64,000 nucleotides of DNA, taken from assembly GCA_964016885.1 (NCBI GenBank), contig OZ024740.1, forward strand, positions 366,482,001-366,546,000, in the 5' to 3' direction. Below the pieces are notes generated by a model, which saw only the letters and a program-made list of their open reading frames with translations, had not been told where the DNA came from and did not search any database. The DNA is from Eledone cirrhosa (lineage: Eukaryota). Made by a program: the position numbers and the translations under genes. This document shows positions 1-11,326 of the stretch, one piece after another (position 1 is the first letter of the stretch; each line of letters begins with the position of its first letter).

Positions 1-21
1 ACCGCCTCAATAACCATTATA

Positions 22-101
22 TCTCTCGGACAGATTATCCCTAATCTGTTTCGCCCTGAGTGTGTTTGTAACAGATAATCCTGGGCTTCATCAGCGAGAG
101 A
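22..101 (-). ncRNA. Type I hammerhead ribozyme (inverted copy)
   Basis: Reverse complement of 403-482, with a perfect stem III (cagatta-ggga-taatctg). Confidence 0.8.
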
Positions 102-402
102 ATCTGATTAAATGCCACAAACACTATTTGCCAACGTTCACACAGAAAGATGAATTTGTCACCTCGTGCGCCGCTAGTCAAACGTGGTAAGCGTGTATTG
201 AATAGAAATAACAGTCCAACACACACAACTTAATAAGCTCAACTTGTGAGGGAGCAGAAATATATATGAAAATTAGAGTTAAAACTCAATTGGAACCCTG
301 TAACTATTAAGCTCAAAGTATAAATACTGAGCCGATTAATAATATATAGTAAGAAACACAGTAAACACGTTGGCAAATAGTGTTTGTGGCATTTAATCAG
401 AT

Positions 403-482
403 TCTCTCGCTGATGAAGCCCAGGATTATCTGTTACAAACACACTCAGGGCGAAACAGATTAGGGATAAGCTGTCCGAGAGA
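403..482 (+). ncRNA. Type I hammerhead ribozyme
   Basis: Stem I tctctcg/cgagaga; core CTGATGA (410-416); stem II gccc...gggc; GAAAC; stem III cag...ctg; GTC cleavage triplet. Confidence 0.8.
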
Positions 483-603
483 TATAATGGTTATTGAGGC
501 GGTTTGTATATTTTATCATTCTGTCTGCTTCTTGGTTAAATATTTCAAACAAATGTGGTTTTTCAACCCTTGTAATTTTAGACACACGGTTTACTGTGTT
601 TCT

Positions 604-660
<57 letters not shown>

Positions 661-665
<5 letters not shown>

Positions 666-752
666 TAAAATAACAGATTAAAGTTTAAGCAAAGAATCGC
701 TGCTTTCACCCTTAACGGGATCTTCTGAAACTAACAAAAATTTTATTATTAT

Positions 753-757
<5 letters not shown>
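661..757. mobile_element. Minimal remnant of the Penelope-like family at 36723-39198 (inverted pLTR tip fused to the 3' tip)
   Basis: 661-738 matches 36723-36800 and the reverse complement of ~39032-39109. It is followed by tttattattattact, as at ~39184-39198. (TA)n flanks both sides. Confidence 0.8.
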
Positions 758-810
<53 letters not shown>

Positions 811-814
<4 letters not shown>

Positions 815-2383
815 CATCATCAATCAGGCTATATATGGTGGTGTCATACCCAAAGCCTGGTGCAGCAGTATTCTCATAAATTGCTACAAAGGTAAAGGGG
901 ATGCTTTGGAGAGGAGCAGTTATAGGGGTATAAAACTGATAGATCAGGTTATGAAAGTGGCAGAAAGGATTTTAGCACAACTAATTAGAGAAAGGGTCAA
1001 ACTAGATGAGATGCAGTTTGATTTTGTGCCTGGGAAGAGTACAACAGATGCCCTCTTCTTGGTGAGACAAATGCAAGAGAGGTTCTTAGAGAAGAATAAG
1101 CCACTATACTTAGCCTTTGTTGACCTAGAGAAGGCCTTTGATAGGGTACCCCGATCTGTCATCTGGTGGTCCCTAAGGAAGCTAGGTGTTGAGGAATGGC
1201 TTGTGAGGACAGTGCAAACTTTGTACAGAGGTACTCTCAGTAAAGTCAGGGTAGGAATGGAGTTTAGTGAGGAATTCCAGATACAAGTAGGAGTACATCA
1301 GGGTTCGGTCCTCAGCCCGCTCTTGTTCATTATAGTCCTCCAAGCCATAACAGAGGAGTTTAAGACTGGCTGTCCATGGGAACTTCTCTATGCTGACGAT
1401 CTGGCTCTTATAGCAGAATCAGTAGAGGAGCTAGAGAATAAATTCCGGCTATGGAAACAGCAGTTGGAAGCAAGAGGACTGAGAGTAAATCTAGCTAAGA
1501 CAAAAGTGTTGATGAGTAGAAAAGAGGACAAAACCCTGATTCCGTCAGGGAAATGGCCATGTTCGATATGCAGAAAAGGAACTGGCATAAATTCTATAAA
1601 ATGCACACAATGCAGGTCCTGGGTACACAAGAGATGTAGCGGGATAGCAGGCAAACTAACAGGTAGGGAGAAATATGTATGCAGTAGATGTACAGGGAAA
1701 TTAGACAGTAGAAGTCACACTGATAGACACATTTTTCAAATGCAAGAGGGCGCTATAGAAGTGGTGGATAGCTTCCGGTACCTAGGAGTCAGATTAGCAT
1801 GGGAGGAGGGTGTTCCGAGGCCATAGTATCTAGAATAAGGACGGGTTGGAAGAAGTTTAGGGAGCTGCTTCCTCTCTTGACGAAGAAGGGTTTCTCCCTG
1901 CGTACGAAAGGCCGGTTGTATGATGCCTGTGTGAAGAGCGCGATGCTGCATGGTAGTGAGACATGGGCAGCAACCGCAGAGGATATGCGACGGCTGGAGA
2001 GAAATGAAGCAAGCATGCTCCGTTGGATGTGCAGTGTAAATGTACGTGAACGACCCAGCATAAATGTGTTGAGAGAGAAACTGTGTCTGAGAGGGATAGA
2101 ATGTAGTGTACGGGAGAGGAGACTGAGGTGGTATGGACATATGATGCGCATGGAGGATGACCGATGGGTGAAGAAGTGCCAGGAAATGCCAGTTGAAGGA
2201 AGACGTGGTAGAGGTAGACCACGAAAAACATGGGCGGAGCTGGTGAGAACAGACCTCAGATCATTGAAGCTCACGGTGGAGATGACGGGGGACCGTGACG
2301 AGTGGAGAGATGCTGTGCTGAATAAGACCCGTCCCACCCTTGCAAGCAGGGAAAAGCGGACGTAAAATGATGATGATGATGAT

Positions 2384-2385
<2 letters not shown>
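811..2385 (+). mobile_element. 5'-truncated RTE-clade LINE (family A): RT, PHD-like finger and C-terminus, one frameshift near 1800
   Basis: ORFs 906-1826 (YRGIKL, DLEKAFD, GVHQGSVLSP, YADD, CxxC..CxxC..HxxC..CxxC, FRYLG) and 1799-2365 (LHGSETW, RLRWYGH, GRGRPRKTW). Ends in (GAT)n, with (TA)n on both sides. Confidence 0.92.
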
Positions 2386-2440
<55 letters not shown>

Positions 2441-2444
2441 TCAT

Positions 2445-2794
2445 GGAGGCACATGGGTTAGTGGTTAGAGCGTTGCCCTTGCAATCGAAAGGTTGTGAGT
2501 TCAATTCTCAGACCGGGTGATGTGTTGTTTCCTTGAGCAAGACACTTTATTTCACATTGCTCCAGTTTACTCAGCTGTAGAAATGAGATGATATGGACTG
2601 GGGTCCATATCATTCTGCTGTAAAGTGGTCGTGGAGGTGCCACGCCAAAAAAACACCCAGCACTCACTGTAAATGAGGTTGGTGTTAGGAAGGGCATCCA
2701 GCTGTAGAAATCAAGCCAGAATCAGTTCCCGTCCCACCCTTGCAAGCAGGGAAAAGCGGACGTAAAATGATGATGATGATGATGATGATGATGA
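2445..2794 (+). mobile_element. tRNA-derived SINE with CORE-like body and family A RTE 3' tail
   Basis: A-box-like tagtggttagag, B-box-like gttcaattc, CORE-like ccttgagcaagacacttt. The tail cccgtcccacccttgcaagcagggaaaagcggacgtaaaa(tga)n is identical to the LINE end at ~2328-2385. Confidence 0.85.
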
Positions 2795-3349
2795 TCATCA
2801 TCATCATTTTACACACATATATACAGGAAAAGAGTCAGGACCACGACACCTGAGCTCTGGCCGTTACGACAGCTAGATCTGAACTATCATCATCATCACC
2901 ATCATATGTATATATATATACATTGTAGTATTTTCAAATGTAAGAATGAATTCTCAATAATATAGTAGAGCATAATTGTTTATTAAGTTTATTAAGACTG
3001 ATCCAATGGCCTGTTAGCCTGGAGTTTCCTTTGCTACAAACAACTAGTTCAGCTTTAATAAATTATATTTATATCATCATTATCATCTTCATCGTTTAAT
3101 GTCTATTTTCCATGCTTGCATGTGTTAGATAGGTTGACCAGGTCCAGCACGCATGCTTCATTTTGGCTTGGATTCTATGGCTTCCTACCACCAACCACTT
3201 TATAGTGGGCACTTGGAGCATGGTTTCTACACTTGGATGCCCTTCCAAACAACCATTTTACAGTGTGTACTGGGAGCATTTTATTGTGACTCCAACAATA
3301 CCCCCTTACATTTAGGAATAGGGAAGGCCAAAATCATAGCCCTCTCTCT

Positions 3350-3990
3350 ATAAGAAAATAAGTGATTGCTACAATTACAGCAAATGTCCTTGCACATTGC
3401 TTTCAACAACCCTACCAAGGCAATTGGCCTGGTCTGCAGAGATGGACTTTTTAAAGTTCTTGTGAAGATTGGTCATTCACCAAACCTGCAGAGCATGACA
3501 GAGTCCTTCCACACCAACATAATGGAGACAGTCCAGTAGCCTCTTTAAGCTCTTCACCATCTGTAATGGCATCAAGCAAAGCAGAGCTCTTGCTCCTATA
3601 TATTTCTGATTATGTAGTTGAAATATACCTTTGGCGATGCAACAGTGGGGATTTACTTGTATTCTAGAGCAGACAGCAGGTTCTTCATGCTATCTCATCT
3701 TAGATACAAAATAAAAACATTTGTAGCACTCATCAGAGACATGCTGTTTGTTGATGATGCAATGGATGTCACCTACACCCAGAAAAAACTTCAGTCCTTG
3801 ATGGTCTGCTTCATTTATGTTTGTAAGGTTAAAGATGGAATTCTACAATGCCTGTTATAAGCACACTACCATGCAGCAGTAAGACATGGTCTACATATGC
3901 CAGACTGGATAAGTGACTGAACACTTTCCATTTGAGAAGTGTCTGCTGTATCCTGAACATAACCTGGCATGGAAACCAGATGGTAGTACT
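3350..3990 (+). pseudogene. Degenerate RTE/BovB-like RT fragment
   Basis: Manual translation gives IAFNNPTKAIGLVCRDGLFKVLVKIGHSPNL...SFH; the ORF track has IRDMLFVDDA. Stops and frameshifts throughout. Confidence 0.6.
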
Positions 3991-4084
3991 AATGATAGGA
4001 GTGGTAGGACTTGAAACCAACTTGAAACCAACTTGAAAGAATCAGATACCTTAATTTAACAAATGTATAAAGAATCATAAAAAC

Positions 4085-4290
4085 ATTAATTTCTAATTTA
4101 GGCACAAGGTCAGCAAATTTGGTAGGAGGGCAAAGTTAATTGTCAACACCAGTACTTGCTGGTACTTTATTTCATCAACCCAGATAGATAAAAGACAAAG
4201 TTGATCTTGGCATGGCTTGAAATCAGAATGTAAAGAACAAATACCTCAATGGCATTTTATCTAATTTCATCAATTCTGCCAATATCTCAA
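4085..4290 (-). mobile_element. Nin-domain-type SINE (degenerate)
   Basis: Reverse-strand ...ggcacaagg...ctggtactttattt...aaagttga, matching the family exemplified at 17070-17297. Confidence 0.6.
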
Positions 4291-4319
4291 ATTTGGGATC
4301 ATGTTTGGGAGAAAGGAAT

Positions 4320-4540
4320 AGTCGATTTTATCAACCCCCGAACTTGACTGGTACTTCCTTTTATTGGCCTCAGAACTTGACCGGTACTTCATTTTATTGG
4401 CCTCAGAACTTGACTGGTACTTCGTTTTATTGACCTCACAATTTGACTGGTACTTCATTTTATTGACTTCACAATTTGACTGGTACTTCATTTTATTGCC
4501 CTCAGAACTTGACTGGTACTTCATTTTATTGACCTCAGCA
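4320..4540. repeat. 33-bp minisatellite (~6 copies) derived from SINE Nin-domain sequence
   Basis: Unit gaacttgactggtacttcattttattggcctca; the spurious ORF 4270-4524 has an 11-aa periodicity. Confidence 0.85.
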
Positions 4541-4719
4541 TAATTTGAACTAAAAATGTTAAAGGATTTTAGTTAAATACATTTGAACTTGGAATGTAAA
4601 GGGCTATAACTATAAGCTGCAAAGCATGTCGTCCTATGCTTTACCAATACTGCCAATACAAGTTATTTCTGATGGAAGGTTTTGATTTCCATCAAGATTA
4701 GAGTGTAATTGTGTTAACA

Positions 4720-5495
4720 ATGATGATGGTGACGATGATGTTGTTGCCCAAAACCTAGTAGCTAGAGTGTTGTGGTCATGGTTGTAGGTAGTGGTGGTGG
4801 TAGTGTTGTTGTTGGTGATGGTGTTGTTGTTGGTGGTAGTTGTTGGGATGATGATAATGATGAATGACAGTTTTGCTGTTTGTGGTGGTTGTAATGGTGG
4901 CAGTGTTGGTAGTTGTGGTGGTGATGGTGGTGGAGATGGTGATGTTGATGATAATGAAGATGGTGATGGTGGTGTTTGTGGTAGTCGTAGTGGTGGTGGT
5001 GGTGTTGGCGGTTGTGGTGGTGATGGTGGGGGTGGTTGTGATGGTGGTGATTGTGATAGTGATGGTGGTTGTGATGGTGATGATAATGAAGATGGTGATG
5101 GTGGTTGTAGTGTTAGTGGTGTTGGTGGTTGTGGTATTGGTGGTGGTGGAGATGGTTGTTGTAGTGGTGGTGGTGTTGGTAGTTGTGGTGGGGATGGTTC
5201 ATGATAATGAAGATGGTGATGGTGGTGTTTGTGGTGGTGTTGGCAGTTGTGGTGGTGATGGTGGTGGAGATGGTGGGTGTGGTAGGGATGGTGGCGGTGA
5301 TGGTGGTGGTGGTGGAGATGGTGATGGTGATGGTGATGGTGGTGGTGTTTGTGGTGGTCGTAGTGGTAGTGGTGTTGGTGGTTGTGGTGGTGGTGGTGGT
5401 GGTGGAGATGGTGGTTGTGGTGTTGGTTGTGGTGGTGTTGGAGTTGTGATGGTGATGGTGGTGGAGATGGTGATGATAATGAAGATGGTGATGAT
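4720..5495. repeat. Compound (GGT/GAT/TGT)n low-complexity repeat
   Basis: Seen directly; the ORFs here are poly-V/G artefacts. Confidence 0.9.
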
Positions 5496-5682
5496 AACAG
5501 CTCAGATTGAGTGTCGCTTACAACAATTTGTTATTGATGTAATTTAATAATTGTCTTATCAGAGACATCTGCAGGAGAAGATATTTTTTATAAACCAGAG
5601 ATAATTTAGAGAGACACATCCATCTACCCTCTCTCATTCTCTGTCTCTTTCTTTCTAGCAATATACATATACATATATATAT

Positions 5683-6037
5683 ATATATTAGTAAAAGTAA
5701 AAGAAAATGCTGACAAATTTTTCCCAGTAAAAAATAGTTTAATTAGTAATAAGTATTGGTTAGTATTCAGTTTTAGTTTTAAGTTTTTACCGGTTGCGCA
5801 TTTCTAATGCTTTTCAAAAATAATTTTGAGATAGAGCGCCCGTGATGTTTGCTCTAATCTGATTAGAGCAAACATCACGGGCGCTCTATCTCAAAATTAT
5901 TTTTGAAAAGCATTAGAAATGCGCAACCGGTAAAAACTTAAAACTAAAACTGAATACTAACCAATACTTATTACTAATTAAACTATTTTTTACGGGGAAA
6001 AATTTGTCAGCATTTTCTTTTCTTTTTACTAATATAT
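5683..6037. repeat. Near-perfect ~350-bp palindrome centred at 5860 (probable Penelope pLTR fold-back)
   Basis: Centre ...gtttgctctaatc-t-gattagagcaaac..., arms ~175 bp. Contains a decayed hammerhead-like ttgaaaagcat..atgcgcaaccggta, similar to 10570-10604. Confidence 0.85.
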
Positions 6038-6289
6038 CACAACTCGTGTGTTACACCTCTATATTTTTTTAAAATATATATATATATATATATACATATA
6101 TATATACACTCACACACATATATATATATATGAAGGACTAGAGTCTGAAACATTAAGACTCTCTTCCTGCTATTTCAAGCATTAAATTAATATGTTTCTT
6201 CCATGTACTGTGCTATTTGTTTTGTTAGTTTTGTTACTGTATTACTTTCACACACACACATATATATATGTATGAAATATAAGAATCAA

Positions 6290-7480
6290 AGAACTGTTCA
6301 AAACATTATTGTGCTTACAGCTGTTTCCTCCAAACCGAGGTTTGGATTCTTCGGAGCAATTTATTAATGCATGGACAGTTATATGACCTCCTTTTCAGCC
6401 AAGAGACATACCGATACATATGCAAATATTGTGGGTCAACATTCATTACAGAATTTAGAGTGGCAGTACACACTTCGAGATTACATTCATATTAAGAGGT
6501 ACAATCAAAAATCAAAAATACAGGTTAAAATACAACATGAAGATAAGCGGTTATATAGTGCAAATGTTATATGTGTGGCAAGCATGTGCGTCTTGTTTAT
6601 ATAGTGTGGCAGAGAGATATGTGTGGTAGAGGCACTTAGGTAGGTAAACAAGAGTGTTAGGTTGGTAGATCTGGTGGCAAATTCTTTATATGATTGATAT
6701 AGTCTGTGTATGGAGAAATATTATAAGCATTAAAAATAGTGCAAGCATTAAAAGTATTGGAGATGGACAGCGAAGGGATGTCAAGTATTTCATGTACTTC
6801 GACATTTTCATGGTCAGGGGAGTGTATTTTTCGATTATATGCCCCTCACATAATCCACGACAATTCGATATTGAGCGTTTGACAATCCAGTTAGAGAATC
6901 GTAGTCTGATGTTCTTTAGTTCAATACAGGAGGCTGTTACGTTTCGAGAAACGACATTGAATACCACCCGAAAGTGTGTGTGAGGCTAAGGGGAGTTAAT
7001 GCATGCGGGGAGGTAACTCCGGGGTTTCTATACCTAGCTATTAAAATGTGTCACAATATAGACCCTAATTTCTATGGTGATGCGCATCCTCCAAAAAATG
7101 TTTAAAGCATAAAGTGTATTAACTATAGAGTAGTTTAATTAAGTTATGCTGGAGGTGTTCATATTATTATGGTGGATTAACCCATCGTAAGGTGCCACAA
7201 ATGGATATTATAGATGATGAGTGAGGATTCTAAATTAATGATCTCTGTGGTTGTAGTCTACTCATAGGACCAGGCGCGGTGATTGCAGGATTGCTTCAGG
7301 ACCCAATGATCTCTGGTAAGTTCTGGGTCATCGCTTGCTACATTGGATGTCGAAAGATAATCATCTCCAGGCCGGCCAGAGGTCAATCCGCAGTCCTCAC
7401 GACCCCTCTCTGACCGCCAGATCATCCATATATGTACAACCCGCACGCCAGTTGCAATGCATTCATTCTCTGCGCTCAGC
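6290..7480 (-). mobile_element. Highly degenerate Penelope-like element remnant
   Basis: 3' hammerhead motif. Minus-strand translation near 6780-6925 gives TKEHQTTI...HSPDHENVEVHE, weakly like a GIY-YIG C-terminus. Boundaries uncertain. Confidence 0.35.
6312..6358 (-). ncRNA. Minimal type I hammerhead motif (U4C core variant)
   Basis: Minus strand reads tgct CCGAAGA a tccaaacc-tc-ggtttgga g GAAAC agct GTA agca. The palindromic stem III acagctgt is typical of PLE minimal hammerheads. Confidence 0.65.
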
Positions 7481-7993
7481 ATCCTGGTCCTACTGCTCAA
7501 CATATAATACTATATATATGTATATATATATGTGTGCGTGTACATTCAGGTGAGGGTAACAACATATGTAAGTGAGATGCAGCAACCACATCCCTAACAC
7601 CCAGGCCCATCCATGAGGACAGCAGCTCAACTTGAATACTGACTTGGTCTGATACCACCCTGTCCAACCATGGCAGTATGGGAAAGTCAATGTAAAAAAC
7701 AATGATGATGATGATGAGGAAGAGGAGGATAATGATGATGATGATGAAAATGATGATAATTATCATCATGATAATGAAAATTAGGACAAGCAAGATGTAT
7801 GAGAAGAACAATATATAACATTTTAATAATATATATATAGTTTCTTTATTAGCCATATTGACCTCACATACATACAAAACATTTTATACGAAATGATTAC
7901 ATATAAACATACAATTGAATGAGAGAAGATCCAAACAATAATTCTACAATATCTTTGCACTTCTTTATACAATTGTCACCTTCTATATCAACA

Positions 7994-8380
7994 TACGAGG
8001 TGCTTCAAAAAGTTCATGGAAAAAGGACAGTTGGAAAAAACGGTTTAAGTTTTGATATTTATTTTTCAACATTTGCTCCATCTAGGTCAACACACTTCTG
8101 CATCTGTGTAAAACTGAGAGCCATGCGATTTAAACCATGTCAAAGCAGCTTTTTTTTACATCTTCAACTGGGGATTATTTTAAACCTCATTTTTCCACTT
8201 CTAAAAAAGAACTTATTCATGTGTAGGTTGTTAATTTTCTTTGGGGCATTGTCCCCATAGAGCGTCAATGATTTAGCTGCTCTATTCAAATTCTAGCTGT
8301 CTGATGAGGTCATAGCTGTTGCATAATGGCTATCAATGAAAGTTAATTTTAACATGTTGACTTACACTTCTTGTTTACAT
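7994..8380. mobile_element. Mariner-like internally deleted remnant
   Basis: TACGAGG...aaaagttcatggaa mariner-type terminus; minus-strand IIDALxGDNAP-like transposase N-terminal fragment at ~8240-8275. Confidence 0.45.
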
Positions 8381-8385
8381 ATATA

Positions 8386-8705
8386 TCATCATCATCATCA
8401 TCATCATTTTGCGTCCACTTTTCCCTGCTTGCAAGGGTGGGACGGGAACTGATTCTAGCTTGATTTCTACAGCTGGATGCCCTTCCTAACACCAACCTCA
8501 TTTACAGTGAGTGCTGGGTGCTTTTTTTCCGTGGCGCCTACATGTCCACTTTACAGTGTGGGCTGGGTGCTTTTTTGCCGTGGCACTTCTACGACCACTT
8601 TGCAGAGGAATGATAGGGACCCCAGTCCTATAATCTCATTTCTACAGCTGAGTAAACTGGAGCAATGTGAAATAAAGTGTCTTGCTCAAGGAAACAACAC
8701 AACTC
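8386..8705 (-). mobile_element. CORE-like SINE with family A RTE tail (head truncated)
   Basis: Reverse-complement match to 2520-2794. Confidence 0.8.
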
Positions 8706-8748
8706 CAGAGTAAAAAGATCTACTAATAGCCTTAATAAAATGAATATA

Positions 8749-9608
8749 CAGGGTGCGGATGATATTTGTTCGCAAGGAAAAAATAATACAGTAGTTTTAT
8801 TTTTTAAGATATATTTATCAAACTTGGGTCAGTTTGTCTTCATGACTTGTTCTTTCAATCTCACTCGATAAACCCGCCATTGGCTATGATGACAGCCTCA
8901 AGGCGGCCTCGGAACCGGCTACAGGCCTTCGTCACTGTCCCCCGACTTAGGCCCCTAAAGGCACTTGTGATCTTGGCATTCAGATCATCTTTCGTATTGC
9001 AGCTAGATCTGTTGATGTCTCGTTCCACTGCGCCCCACACAAAGAAGTCAAGGGGGTTGCAGTCAGGCGAGCTGGGAGGCCAGATGTCAGGTGAAGTGTG
9101 GTCAACAAAGTTCTCTGACAGCCAGGCTTGGGTCTTTCGGCTGGTATGGCAGGGCGCTGAGTCTTGCTGCCACACATACGGCCTACCTGCAGCTACCTGG
9201 TTGATCCAGGGCTTAACTACCTCACTCAGAACGCGGATGTAGCCCTCAAGGAAGAAGTGAGGTGGCATGACGTCACCTTGACTGCTGACGACACCTAAGA
9301 CCAATGTTGTCACTGGAAACTTTGTCTGCATGACTCTGGGCACGTCTTTGGATGAGACACCATTCTCCTGCTGACGCTGAGAAAGTCTGAAATTTCCTTA
9401 TTTGTCCTTGTGACGCGGATTCCCAAAAGAACACTGTGTCTCTTCCACAAATTTGGAGGTTCAAAATTATTCATAATCAATTATTCTGAAAATAAATAAT
9501 GGAAATATAGTCACTGTTTTTATGAAGACAAGAGTGACAACGGAAGTAAAAAAAAATTTGCATAAAATTAGCAGTTGAAAATTGCGAACAAATATCGTCC
9601 TCACCCTG
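8749..9608 (-). mobile_element. Internally deleted Tc1/mariner-superfamily DD37D (maT) transposon
   Basis: TIRs cagggtgcggatgatatttgttcgcaa / ttgcgaacaaatatcgtcctcaccctg with TA on both sides. ORF 8861-9343 has WQQDSAPCH...WPPSSPDCNPLD, with 37 residues between the 2nd and 3rd Asp. Confidence 0.9.
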
Positions 9609-9915
9609 TATATATATATAAATATATATATATATAGAGAGAGAGAGACAGAAAGATGAAGTTGGAAATAGCACGGAAAATATATTTTAGGGTCTTTTTT
9701 TCTTTTTTTTCCTTTCTTTGATTCATCAAAGTGACATTATTGAAAAAATGCGAGGGACAATTCTTTTAAAAAAGAGTTTTATAATGTGGATAAAGTATTA
9801 CTAGTTTCGATGTATTAGTAAAATTGATCTTATCAAATTAAAGATTAAAATTAAGAGGTAAGTTTTTTTCATCTTCCTTGTTGAGAAGGAGACTGGAGAA
9901 TATATATATATATAT

Positions 9916-10405
9916 CATCATCATCATCACCATCGTTTAACGTCTATCTTCCACACTAGCATGGGTTTAGACGATAATTGTCCCACTTGAGGCAAGATTG
10001 GTTGTCTTGCTCGTATAGGACTGTCTGGCAGGTTTTCTACGGCTGGATGCCCTTCCTAACACCAACCACGTTTACAGTGTGGACTGGGAGGTTTTTACTG
10101 TGTTACCTACACAGCCACATTACAGCGTGGACTGTGTGTTTTTTTGTCGTGACACATACACGACCTCATTTATTTAGGACTGGATGTTGTAGTACCAACA
10201 TAACTTTACAGAGAAAGGGGTGGTGTTGATGGTGTGGGGGGTGGGGGAAGTTTGGGTATGGGAGGGGGTTGTATATTTGATTAAGAGGTAGGTTTCGCTT
10301 TGTACTTAAGCAAGGTGGGTTTTCTGTATTACTGCGTAGCGCCAAAGATCTCGGTCCAGCGACATTGTCTTAGAGAGGTGTAAGTGTGTAAGGTCGGAAT
10401 TTATA
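9916..10405 (-). mobile_element. 3' end of family B RTE LINE (ORF tip plus 3' UTR)
   Basis: INSDLTHLHLSKTMSLDRDLWRY on the minus strand, then a 3' UTR matching 41491-41880. Confidence 0.85.
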
Positions 10406-10483
10406 AATATATATATATATATTAGAAAATGAGTTTTTTTTTCCAAAATGAAAAAAAAATGAGATGTTCTACACGAGTGAAAG

Positions 10484-10668
10484 TATAAGGAAAAAAGATG
10501 AAATCGAAAATGCAACTGGAGTCTTTTTAAGGATATTTATTTGGTTAGGGTAGGAAAATAGAATGCTACTTTTGAAAAGCATAAGAACTACGAAACCGGT
10601 AAAGGAACCAAATAAATATTCTTAAAAAGACTCCAGCTGCATTTTCGATTTCATCTTTTTTCCTTATA
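10484..10668. repeat. Inverted repeat (10484-10546 / 10606-10668) with a decayed hammerhead in the spacer
   Basis: Arms complementary with few mismatches. Spacer contains ttgaaaagcataagaactacGAAACCGGTA. Confidence 0.7.
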
Positions 10669-10895
10669 TATATATATATATATATAATTTCAAGGAAGTT
10701 GCAGTTACAATAAGGCAACACATGTTGAATTATTTAAGGTAGTTCTTATGTACTCAATGATGCGAAAAATGAATTAATTCCTTCCATCAGAGTGAACTCA
10801 TTATGATATTCAAGGAAAATACCATGAATAATATATAGACCAGGTGTGTGCCAGCTATAGTAACAACAACAATAACAATGAATACTAAAGGGAAA

Positions 10896-10937
<42 letters not shown>

Positions 10938-11292
10938 TCATCATCATCATCATCATCATAAAAAAGCACCCAGCACACACTGTAAATGTGGTTGGCATTA
11001 GGAAGGGCACCCAGCCATAGAAACCGAGCCAAAATCGGTTCTGTATGAGCAAAATATGGTCATTTGACCTTGGCTTGTCTCAAATAGGACAACTTGTCTA
11101 ACCCATGTTAGCGTGGAAAATGGATGTTAAGTGGTGATGATGATATTTATATATCATTGTCCAACCCATGCAAGCATGATGATGATATATATATATTTAT
11201 AACTTGCCTGTGTAGCCTCAGAGCATGACAACCTGCTTTATCCATGCAAACATGGTAAAAAGCCATAAAATGGTGATGATGATGATAATGAA

Positions 11293-11326
<34 letters not shown>

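Larger units (their letters stand above)
1..503. mobile_element. Penelope-like pLTR remnant: inverted repeat (1-~137 vs ~367-503) with a hammerhead motif in each arm
   Basis: Arm 1 (accgcctcaataacc...gccaacgt) is the near-exact reverse complement of arm 2 (acgttggc...ggttattgaggcggt). The left arm may extend beyond the window. (TA)n follows at ~607. Confidence 0.7.

Noticed and set aside
2445-2520. tRNA gene
   Set aside because: A and B boxes are present but there is no proper acceptor stem, and it continues into a SINE body.
4791-5547. Gly/Val-rich ORFs
   Set aside because: Translations of trinucleotide low-complexity sequence.
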